A stretch of DNA of 64,000 nucleotides from Clostridia bacterium (GTDB lineage: Bacteria > Bacillota > Clostridia > TANB77 > CAG-465): contig JAVWPP010000002.1 in NCBI GenBank assembly GCA_036635835.1, positions 4,990 through 68,989 on the forward strand, in the 5' to 3' direction. Made by a program: the position numbers and the translations under genes. Below are positions 30,370 to 38,977 of this stretch, one piece after another. The stretch's first letter is position 1. Every line of letters begins with the position of its first letter. The notes beneath the pieces were generated by a model. The model was given only the letters and a program-made list of their open reading frames with translations, did no database searches and was not told the origin of the DNA.

Positions 30370-30713
30370 GAATATCACCTCTTTTTCTAAAATTATTATA
30401 TCAAGAAAAATTAACATGTACAATACATTATTGATAAAAAATGCAAATAGTTCAATCTTGTATACTTTTCATCATATTTACATCTTAAAGTGTTATCTAA
30501 TATAAAAAATCTCCCTATAAATATATAGAAGTAACTTATACTTTTTTCAATAAAAATAATAATACACTTACACATCTACTGTACAAAGTTCGAAATATTT
30601 AGCATATTAGCAGAATTCTTTCAGAAAATAGTGTAAAAAACTACGATTTTTTGTTGATGTATTATGTTAACTGTGATATAATATACACTATTAAAAGTAT
30701 CAAGGAGGTATAT

Positions 30714-32648
30714 ATGAAAAGAAAATTAATTATTATAATTTTAATATTCACAATAACATTTATAAATTTAAATTGTTGTGCGTACATATATGCTGCTCCT
30801 TTAGACAACATACCGCCAACAGTAACTATATATTATGCGGGCAACCAAGCTGTTAAATTAGGGGAAAGCATAGTATATAATATTACGTATTTAGATAATA
30901 CTAAAGTAGAAAGCATAAAATTAAAAAATTCAGATATAAGTTTAAATGGATTTACAGCTAATATAGATATACAAGCAAATCAAAATAAAAGAAAAATAAT
31001 ATTAAGCAACATTCAAGGTGAAATTGGAGTTAATAAATACATAAGTTTAAAACCAGGAACTGCTGTAGATATCTCTGGAAATGTAGCAAAAGGCGTGGAT
31101 AGAAGTGCGTACTTTAGAATTGTAGATTCTAAAGATTCAAAAAATCCAGATATATATTTAAGTGGACCATCAGACAAAACTGTACATATGGGAGAAAGCA
31201 TAACATATACGGCCAAATATTCAGACAATATAGGTATAGAAAAAATAAATTTAACAAGTAAAAATATAATACTAAACGGATTTGAAGCTAATATCAATGT
31301 TTATGGCTCAGGAATGGAGCGAAAAATAAAACTAAGCAATATAAGTGGGGAATATGATCAAGATAAAAGCATAACTATTAGCTCGGGAACGGCTGTAGAT
31401 GCCGCAGGAAATAAGGCTTATGGAATAAGTATGTCTCAAAAATTCTCAATAGTAGAAAAGCAAACAGATTTTAATGGCAAAATAATAAATATACCTGTAG
31501 AAGAATCCATTCTAACTTCTATTGAAGACCAAGAATCGTTTGAATGTACGGATCCTGTAACTTTAGAAATTGATAATAAAGTAAAAAAAGCTGGTATGTG
31601 GTTTGATGTTACTAGAGATAATGTTAAAAATTTTTATGAAAATAATTACATTTCCGAAGGCAAAACTTGCACATACAACATCCAATTTTATAATAATACA
31701 GATGAAAACTTAGAAAACGTACTAATCAGACTATCAATTCCTAAATCTGTGGATGTAGTAGAAGTTACAGCTGGCGGTGAAAAAGTAAGTAAAACTAATC
31801 AATTAACCGTAGTACAATGGAAAGTAGGAAAACTAGAAAAAGGTAAAGGATATACATTAAAAGCAAAAGTAAAATTTTTAGAAGATACAAACTTAAAAAA
31901 GAGTAAAGAGCTAGTTTCAGAATTTTTTTCTAAAGTAGATATGATATCAGATAAACAAATAAATTCCATGTATACAAGGCAAGCGTTTGTTGATCTTTCT
32001 AAAAATAAATCGGCAAAGTCAAAAAAATATTTAAAAATATATACTTTTCCAAGTAAAATAAGCCCTAGCGAAAAAATATCTAAAGTGGATTTTGCTAGAA
32101 TAATAATAGATAGCGGTATAATAAAAAATATTCCTAGTAAAAAAGGATATAAGTCATATAACGATAAAAATAAAATACCGTTTAATCAAAGAAAAGCAGT
32201 TAGTACTATGACTGAAATTGGAATATTTATGCCAGATGAAAAGGGAAATTTAAATGCAGACAAGTTAATAACAAAAGCTGAAATGTATGATATATTGATG
32301 AAAGTTTTAAAATACAAGTATAATGATCTATTAGTAAGTGAAGCAACGCCCTTTATTGTAAATAAAGATATTACAAATAATGAAAATGAAGCATTAGAGT
32401 ATAAAAATTCAGTAATGCAGCTTATTAGAATGAACATAGTAGAAAGATCTAGTATAAATATAAGCGAAACAGCTACTATACAAGATGTATTGCAAGTAGT
32501 TAACTGCGTTACATATAGAGATAACATTGGAAAAATTAAAAATATAAACAATACAAAATTTGCAAAAGAAAACTTAGATCTTATTACTATTGCAACAAAA
32601 AATATTAAATATAAGTATGATAAAGACTTGAAAATGCAAGTAGTTTAA
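30714..32648 (+). CDS. secreted surface protein, two copies of the same repeat domain plus unrelated C-terminal region
   Basis: Start at MKRKLIII after aaggagg. Repeats GFTANIDIQANQNKRKIILSNIQGE and GFEANINVYGSGMERKIKLSNISGE. No sorting signal. Confidence 0.65.
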   Translation: MKRKLIIIILIFTITFINLNCCAYIYAAPLDNIPPTVTIYYAGNQAVKLGESIVYNITYLDNTKVESIKLKNSDISLNGFTANIDIQANQNKRKIILSNIQGEIGVNKYISLKPGTAVDISGNVAKGVDRSAYFRIVDSKDSKNPDIYLSGPSDKTVHMGESITYTAKYSDNIGIEKINLTSKNIILNGFEANINVYGSGMERKIKLSNISGEYDQDKSITISSGTAVDAAGNKAYGISMSQKFSIVEKQTDFNGKIINIPVEESILTSIEDQESFECTDPVTLEIDNKVKKAGMWFDVTRDNVKNFYENNYISEGKTCTYNIQFYNNTDENLENVLIRLSIPKSVDVVEVTAGGEKVSKTNQLTVVQWKVGKLEKGKGYTLKAKVKFLEDTNLKKSKELVSEFFSKVDMISDKQINSMYTRQAFVDLSKNKSAKSKKYLKIYTFPSKISPSEKISKVDFARIIIDSGIIKNIPSKKGYKSYNDKNKIPFNQRKAVSTMTEIGIFMPDEKGNLNADKLITKAEMYDILMKVLKYKYNDLLVSEATPFIVNKDITNNENEALEYKNSVMQLIRMNIVERSSINISETATIQDVLQVVNCVTYRDNIGKIKNINNTKFAKENLDLITIATKNIKYKYDKDLKMQVV

Positions 32649-32806
32649 CGAAAAATAGAGGAAACTCTATTTTTTTTTGTTAAATCATGGTCATAAACGC
32701 AAAGTATATTGAATTTTTATGTAATCTGTGGTATAATGAATGTATAGTTTAATATTTCTATAAACCTTTAAATAAAGATTTAATAAAATAATAGGAGATG
32801 ATAAGT

Positions 32807-35620
32807 ATGAAAATATTTATACAATATTTCAAAGACTATAGAGAATCTTACAAATCATTAAAACCATTGCAAAAATTAGTTCCTATATTAGGAATTGCAC
32901 TGGCTGCATTTTTAGCTAAAGTAAATGTAATTCTTACTTTGGTAGTTTTAGGACTATCATTTGTATATATTACTAACAATGCTACAAACGTAGCTAAGCT
33001 ACAAGAAAGTGAAAACAAAAACGCAGAACAATCTAATCCTTTCAGCATAGCAAAGGCAGTTATATTTTTCGCAATTCTTGCTTGTGTTTCTTATAAGCTT
33101 TGGACTGTTAACAAGGTGATCCTTGGAGTAGTAGTTGTCTTTATGGCATTTTATTATAACAAGAAAATCAAGGGAACAGTTCATTTAAGTAAGAAAAACA
33201 TTTCTTTTGACAAGACTAAAGCATTTTTTACAGAAAAGAAATTCGCAGGTATGTTTAAGTCATCAAAAGAAAACAAAAAAGAAAAGAAAGCAAAAACAGA
33301 CAAGAAAGCAAAAAATGAAATGAAAGATTCTAAATTTCAAAACTTTAAAGTATCAATAGTAGAAAAAGCAAAAATACTAAAACAAAAATTATTAAAAGGA
33401 GGCATTAATATGCGGACTTCAATTAGAAAACACTTAAATTTTAAAAACGTAGTAGTATCTATACTTTTAGCAGCATCCCTTAGCTTGGGTGGAATCTTTG
33501 CATATACACAACTTAGTAAAAAGCCATGTGATTGCAAAGCAAAAGCTCAATATCAGGAAATGCTAAATGAGGCTTATCAAGAATTAGACACAGCATACGA
33601 CGAAATAGACAAGCAAAATGAAAAAATTGAAGAATTAGATGACAAAATAGCTGAAATGGAAAATGAAGACAAAGCAGAAGTAGAAGCAAAAACAGAATCA
33701 GCTCCAATAGAAGCTATTACAACATCACCAATAACAGAGTACAATCCTAATAATAATAACAATAATTCAAGTTCGTCATTAGGCTCTTATAATAATGATA
33801 CAAGTAGTATTAATAAAGACAGTAGTTCAAATGGCGGAAATGACAATTCATCAACAGTTGATACACCAAGTTCTTCAGTAGATAATCAAGCACCACAAGT
33901 TAAACTTGTAGGTAACTCACAAGTCGAAGCAGGTAAAGAATACACACTACAAGTTATAATCGAAGACGAAAATCTTAAAGAAGTTGGCCAAGTAAAAGAT
34001 TATTTCAAAGGTTTAGAAAATGCAAAAATAGGAGAACCAACACAAATATCAAGCTCAAATTACAAGTTCCCTATAACATTTGAAAAAGCCGGCGAATACA
34101 AGGTTTATATTTCTGAAGGATTAGCTAAAGATACAGTAAATTTAACATCAGGTAAGAGCAACGAGCTAACAATTTCAGTAACAGAAGCTAAGCCAAACCC
34201 AGAAGATAAACCAGAAGTAGCAACAGATACTAATAAACCAGTTGTAACAGTAGAAACAAGTAACTTAAATCTTAAAACAGGCGAAAAAGTATCAATTACT
34301 CTTAAAGCAACTGATGACAACAAAATCGACAAATTCTATATTGGAGCTTCATTGATTAACGGCACAACAATAGGACAATTTGAAGTGGATTCAATTTCAG
34401 AAAATGACGATTCAAGAGTTGTTAATTTTATCGCTAAAAAAGCAGGAACTTACAATGTATCATTTAGTGAAGGAATCGCAGTTGACGAAGCAGGAAATAA
34501 ATCTGATGCACCTAACGCTATTACTTTCGTAGTAACAGACAAAGATAATTCAGAAGATAAACCTGTAGAGCCAGGACAACCAGTTGAACCAGTAGAACCT
34601 TCAAAAGATACAGAGAAGCCACAGCTTTCTTACGAGTCAAGTAATGCTACTATTTACGAAAATTTTACTATTACTTTAAATGCTAAAGACAATGTTGAGA
34701 TTAAATCATTTGATTTCAGTGAATCAGATATTAATTTACCAGAAGGATGCAAATATTTAAATCACAGTTTTAAAGATCAATCTACAGTAGAAATACTAAT
34801 TTTAGTGGACAGCCTTGTAGATGATTCAGGTAATTTAAATTTCAGTATTAACGAAGCGGTTGTTACAGACACTTCAGGTAATAAATCAGACCAATTGAAT
34901 ATTACTGTTCCTGTTACAGGAGTAGATAATACAGAGAAGCCAGAAGTATTACCAGAAGAACCAGAACAAAGTGAAGAATTAGCTATAACATTAAGCGCAG
35001 ACAGACAATCAGTAACATCAGGTGAAAGCTTTTACGTTATAGGAACTCCTAATACAACTCTTAACGGATATACTTTAAATAGAGCGAATATACAAGTACC
35101 GGAAGGTATTGAGATAGGTTCAATCGAACAAAGTACCGATAAAATTGTAATAGAGGTTAAAACTTCTACAAATGTTACAGGTTCAGTTAATATAACAATC
35201 GATAATGCAGTTAATACAGTTACAGTAGATGTTACACCAGTTGAAACTATCACTGAAAAACCGGTTACACCAGAAGCCCCAGCAGAAGAACCTATTATAG
35301 AAGAAGTAGTACCTAGTATTACAAGTCCTTCTATAGAGGAAAATAATGTTGAGGTGAAAGAAGAAACAGTTGTACCAGAAGCCCCAGTAGACAATATAGA
35401 AGAGGACGTTAAAGAAGAGGTTTCAAACGGTTCTGAAGAAGTAATTCAAAATGAAACAACTAACCAAGATGATTGGGAAGAAGTTAATATTGATGAAACA
35501 GTAGAACCAGTACAACCAGTAGAACCAGTACAACCAGTAGAATCAACACAACCAGTAGAAAATCAACAAGAAACTTTAGTTTCAGATGAAATTCCAGTCT
35601 TTGAATCAGCAGATAGCTAA
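32807..35620 (+). CDS. membrane-anchored giant surface protein (about 937 aa)
   Basis: Four predicted N-terminal TM helices, a coiled coil, an Asn/Ser-rich linker, repeated Ig-like segments and Pro-rich VEPVQPVEPVQPVESTQPV repeats. Confidence 0.65.
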   Translation: MKIFIQYFKDYRESYKSLKPLQKLVPILGIALAAFLAKVNVILTLVVLGLSFVYITNNATNVAKLQESENKNAEQSNPFSIAKAVIFFAILACVSYKLWTVNKVILGVVVVFMAFYYNKKIKGTVHLSKKNISFDKTKAFFTEKKFAGMFKSSKENKKEKKAKTDKKAKNEMKDSKFQNFKVSIVEKAKILKQKLLKGGINMRTSIRKHLNFKNVVVSILLAASLSLGGIFAYTQLSKKPCDCKAKAQYQEMLNEAYQELDTAYDEIDKQNEKIEELDDKIAEMENEDKAEVEAKTESAPIEAITTSPITEYNPNNNNNNSSSSLGSYNNDTSSINKDSSSNGGNDNSSTVDTPSSSVDNQAPQVKLVGNSQVEAGKEYTLQVIIEDENLKEVGQVKDYFKGLENAKIGEPTQISSSNYKFPITFEKAGEYKVYISEGLAKDTVNLTSGKSNELTISVTEAKPNPEDKPEVATDTNKPVVTVETSNLNLKTGEKVSITLKATDDNKIDKFYIGASLINGTTIGQFEVDSISENDDSRVVNFIAKKAGTYNVSFSEGIAVDEAGNKSDAPNAITFVVTDKDNSEDKPVEPGQPVEPVEPSKDTEKPQLSYESSNATIYENFTITLNAKDNVEIKSFDFSESDINLPEGCKYLNHSFKDQSTVEILILVDSLVDDSGNLNFSINEAVVTDTSGNKSDQLNITVPVTGVDNTEKPEVLPEEPEQSEELAITLSADRQSVTSGESFYVIGTPNTTLNGYTLNRANIQVPEGIEIGSIEQSTDKIVIEVKTSTNVTGSVNITIDNAVNTVTVDVTPVETITEKPVTPEAPAEEPIIEEVVPSITSPSIEENNVEVKEETVVPEAPVDNIEEDVKEEVSNGSEEVIQNETTNQDDWEEVNIDETVEPVQPVEPVQPVESTQPVENQQETLVSDEIPVFESADS

Positions 35621-35755
35621 TGTTGATTTAAAAAACAGTATATTAAATCAAAAAAATCAAATTAGTAATTTGCAACTAGAAGCAAACTCTAATTGATTAG
35701 TGACTTCAGTGACGGAAAAGCATAATTTTATTCCAAAAAAATATTAATGTATTAA

Positions 35756-35881
35756 TTGTAGGGTAATACAAAAATATTTGGATGGAATATACAAGAAGAT
35801 AGTTACCAGAAGAAAACGAAATCAAGAACCAAACCTACAAATTGGTTTGAGAGATTGAATTCTATGGTAGCTACCCTACAA
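35756..35881. repeat. 10-bp inverted repeat pair TTGTAGGGTA / TACCCTACAA separated by about 106 bp
   Basis: Exact reverse complements at 35756-35765 and 35872-35881. A small hairpin caaacc/ggtttg sits between them. Confidence 0.6.
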
Positions 35882-35901
35882 GACATTTAAGAACGACAAA
35901 A

Positions 35902-35917
35902 ATTGGTGGCCACCAAT
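35902..35917. repeat. perfect 16-bp palindrome ATTGGTGGCCACCAAT
   Basis: Read directly from the sequence. The centre is GC-rich in an AT-rich context. Confidence 0.7.
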
Positions 35918-35949
35918 AAATATTTTCATAAAAAAATTATATATATATT

Positions 35950-36252
35950 AGCTAATTCTCACCTATTTAAAGCGTAAGCTTTAGAGAAAAACCTTTATTG
36001 CTGGGGCAATTAAGGCGGTGAGAGTTAGCACACAATTAAAAAATAAAAAATAATTAGTTGTGGACTTTTTTCTTGGGCACTAGTTCTTCTTCACTTCGGT
36101 GGAGAGGGACTGGAGCTCGAGATAAAAAGTTGGGGTTTTCCCCTTATCCAAGACAGTACACTTAGCATAATAGCGGATAACACAACTAATTTCAAAAAAA
36201 AAAAATATATATATATAATTAAAAAGAAAGTTGCATTTGCAGCTTTTTTTTT
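35950..36252. other. unexplained structured non-coding region with GC-rich core; candidate sRNA(s) or 3'-UTR element
   Basis: Stem tctcacc (35957-63)/ggtgaga (36017-23) encloses the hairpin aaagc-GTAA-gcttt. A GC-rich stretch spans 36060-36180. GGGGTTTTCCCC at 36132-43 reads as a minus-strand terminator, and agttgc-attt-gcagct plus T9 at 36229-52 reads as a plus-strand terminator. Confidence 0.35.
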
Positions 36253-36349
36253 GCGTTTAAATTCATAAAAAACATATAAAAAAACACATATAATATATTT
36301 CGACATTTTAAAACTTAATTTAGTGCTAAAATACTACTGAGGTGAAAAT

Positions 36350-36661
36350 ATGAAGTGCAATTATGAAGAAGATAATGAAATCTTAAAAGTTTTACTTACT
36401 CAAGATATAGATACTGGAGAATGTAAAAAAATACGAAATGTAATAGACGGATATATAATTAAATATCAGCCTAAAAAAGTAGTTTTAGATTTATCAAATG
36501 TATCATTTATGGACAGCTCTGGAATAGGGCTAGTAATGGGGAGATATAATTTAGCAAAAATGTTTAACAGTAAGCTAGCCATATGTAATCCAAATAAAAG
36601 AATAAAACAAGTGATTCAGCTTACTAATATAGATAAGTATGTAGAAATAATGGAGGTTTAA
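36350..36661 (+). CDS. anti-sigma-factor antagonist (STAS domain, SpoIIAA/RsbV-like)
   Basis: SNVSFMDSSGIGLVMG with the conserved Ser in DSSG. 103 aa. Confidence 0.75.
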   Translation: MKCNYEEDNEILKVLLTQDIDTGECKKIRNVIDGYIIKYQPKKVVLDLSNVSFMDSSGIGLVMGRYNLAKMFNSKLAICNPNKRIKQVIQLTNIDKYVEIMEV

Positions 36662-37087
36662 ATGGATAAGATACGTATTGAAATTGAAAGTAAATTAACA
36701 AATGTAGCGGTGGTAAGAGTAGCTGTTGCTACGTTTGTTGCAAATTACAATGTAAAATTAGATGAACTAGTAGATATTAAAACAGCAGTATCAGAAGCAG
36801 TTACAAATAGTATAGTGCATGGATACGAAGAAAAAAAAGGTACAATTGTTGTAGAATGTATATATTCTAAAGGTATTTTTGTAGTGAAAGTTATAGATAA
36901 GGGCATTGGAATTGGAGATATAAGTTTAGCTACAACCCCTGCTTATACAAGTAAACCGGAACTAGAACACGCCGGAATGGGTTTTACCATAATGTCAACT
37001 TTTATGGATGATCTAATTGTAGATTCTAGTGAGCAAGGTGGCACTATAGTAACTATGACGAAAAAAATAGATAATAACAATAAATGA
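36662..37087 (+). CDS. anti-sigma factor serine kinase (SpoIIAB/RsbW-like, HATPase_c)
   Basis: N-box EAVTNSIVHG, G1 DKGIGI, G2 GMGFTIM. The start overlaps the upstream stop (ATGA). Confidence 0.75.
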   Translation: MDKIRIEIESKLTNVAVVRVAVATFVANYNVKLDELVDIKTAVSEAVTNSIVHGYEEKKGTIVVECIYSKGIFVVKVIDKGIGIGDISLATTPAYTSKPELEHAGMGFTIMSTFMDDLIVDSSEQGGTIVTMTKKIDNNNK

Positions 37088-37144
37088 AATTAAAAAGGGA
37101 AAAAAACGCGTTTGGTATACATAATTGTGCACTTTTCCTTGTTA

Positions 37145-37186
37145 AACCGCTATATTTATGGTAAAATAAATATAGCGGTTTTTTTG
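37145..37186 (+). terminator. intrinsic terminator after the partner-switching pair
   Basis: 14-bp stem aaccgctatattta/taaatatagcggtt then T7. Confidence 0.7.
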
Positions 37187-37201
37187 ACTAAGGAGAGTTT
37201 A

Positions 37202-38107
37202 ATGATATATATAATAGATGACGAAAATGTAAATTTAAGAATAGATTCTTGTATTTCTAAATTAGATACAAAAATCACAAGAAGTTATGCTAAAATCTTA
37301 ATTGAAGATGGAAGTATACTTGTAAATAAAGAAATTCCAAAACCATCATATAAAGTTAGACTTAATGATGAAATAGAAATAAATATTAAAAAACCAAAAA
37401 TAACAAAAGCAATACCTCAAAAAATAGATGTAAATATAATTTATGAAGATGAAGATGTTATTGTTGTAGATAAAGAAAAAGGAATGGTTGTACATCCTGG
37501 TAATGGTAATTCAGATAATACATTAGTTAATGCTCTGCTTTACTCCCATGAAAATAATTTGTCTCAAATTAATGGAGTTATAAGGCCTGGAATTGTTCAT
37601 AGAATAGATAAAAACACAAGCGGAATACTTGTTGTAGCTAAAAATGATAAAGCACATAAAAGTCTATCTAATCAGTTTAAAGATCATAGTATAACTAGAG
37701 TATATGTAGCACTAGTAAAAGGAATAGTAAAAGAAGATATGGATATAGATTTGCCTATCGGAAGATGTCCTAGAGATAGAATAAAAATGGCGGTAACTAA
37801 TAAAAATTCAAAGAGAGCGGTTACACATATACATGTTTTGAAATGTTTTGAAGAAGATAAATATACGTTAATAGAAGCAAAACTTGAAACAGGGAGAACT
37901 CATCAAATTAGAGTTCATATGGCATACAAGAATCATCCGTTAGTTGGAGACGATTTGTATGGTAAACCAGATAAAAAAATCAAGATACAAGGTCAGTTGT
38001 TACATGCAAAGAAACTTGGATTTATACAGCCAACAACAGGTAAATACATAGAATTTGAAAGTGAAATACCAGAAGATTTTCAAACGATAATAAACAAATT
38101 AAAATAA
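37202..38107 (+). CDS. rluD: 23S rRNA pseudouridine synthase, RluA/RluD family
   Basis: S4-like N-terminal region, catalytic HRIDKNTSGILVVAK, HQIRVH. ATG follows aaggagag. Confidence 0.8.
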   Translation: MIYIIDDENVNLRIDSCISKLDTKITRSYAKILIEDGSILVNKEIPKPSYKVRLNDEIEINIKKPKITKAIPQKIDVNIIYEDEDVIVVDKEKGMVVHPGNGNSDNTLVNALLYSHENNLSQINGVIRPGIVHRIDKNTSGILVVAKNDKAHKSLSNQFKDHSITRVYVALVKGIVKEDMDIDLPIGRCPRDRIKMAVTNKNSKRAVTHIHVLKCFEEDKYTLIEAKLETGRTHQIRVHMAYKNHPLVGDDLYGKPDKKIKIQGQLLHAKKLGFIQPTTGKYIEFESEIPEDFQTIINKLK

Positions 38108-38197
38108 GCCCTACACAATAATATATGTAGGACTAAATCTATATCAAATAGAGCTCTATAGTATATAGTATGAAAATAAATAGAAAAAGGTGAAGAA

Positions 38198-38905
38198 ATG
38201 GAAGATAAAATCAGATTACAAAAGTATTTAGCAGATGCTGGCGTTTGTTCAAGAAGAACAGCGGAAGAATACATTGTAGATGGAAAAATAAAAGTAAACG
38301 GAAAAGTAGTTAAGGAAATGGGTATAAAAGTATCAAATAAAGATAAAGTTGTATATCAAGGCAGAACAGTTAAACCAACTAAAATAAGAAGATGTATAAT
38401 GTTAAATAAACCCGTTGGATACGTTACTACAAGTAAAGATGAATTAGATAGAAAATGTGTTATAGATTTAATACATGAAAGAGAAAGATACTATGCAATA
38501 GGAAGGTTAGATATGTATACAACAGGGCTGCTGCTATTAACTAACGATGGCGAACTTGCTAATAAAGTTATGCATCCTAAAAATGAAATAGTTAAAACAT
38601 ATGTAGCAACAATAGATAAAAAAATTGCTAAAGATGATGTTGAAAAATTAAGAGAAGGTGTAGATATTGGAGAATGTGTAACTAAAAAAGCGGAAGTTAA
38701 GCTTTTAGATAATACACATCAATTATTAGAAGTTAAAATATCTGAGGGCAAAAATAGACAAATAAGAAGAATGTTTGAGACATTAGGTTATGAAGTAAAA
38801 AAACTTAATAGAACGCAAGTAGGATCTTTAAAACTCAAAGAAGATCTTAAAATAGGCAAGTATGAAATATTAACTGATAGAGAAATCAAGAGAATTTTTG
38901 AATAA
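38198..38905 (+). CDS. rRNA pseudouridine synthase, RsuA/RluB family
   Basis: S4 domain LQKYLADAGVCSRR, catalytic GRLDMYTTGLLLLTNDG. Confidence 0.8.
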   Translation: MEDKIRLQKYLADAGVCSRRTAEEYIVDGKIKVNGKVVKEMGIKVSNKDKVVYQGRTVKPTKIRRCIMLNKPVGYVTTSKDELDRKCVIDLIHERERYYAIGRLDMYTTGLLLLTNDGELANKVMHPKNEIVKTYVATIDKKIAKDDVEKLREGVDIGECVTKKAEVKLLDNTHQLLEVKISEGKNRQIRRMFETLGYEVKKLNRTQVGSLKLKEDLKIGKYEILTDREIKRIFE

Positions 38906-38977
38906 TTAAAAAAAGTATAGCAAAATAATAGTATTTATTATAATATATTATTGAAAAGTATTAGGAGAGTGTAGATT

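Noticed and set aside
36060-36180. Cluster of 6-bp restriction-like sites (ACTAGT, GAGCTC, CTCGAG, plus GAATTC and TGGCCA further upstream) and a short AGCGGATAACA stretch reminiscent of vector lac-operator sequence
   Set aside because: The matches are short and isolated, and no contiguous vector backbone is present. They are more parsimoniously chance sites in a structured GC-rich segment. Retained only as context in the intergenic-region finding.
36350-37087. Calling this the spoIIA sporulation operon (spoIIAA-spoIIAB-sigF)
   Set aside because: No sigma-factor gene follows, and a strong terminator then rluD come next. It is called generically as a partner-switching pair.
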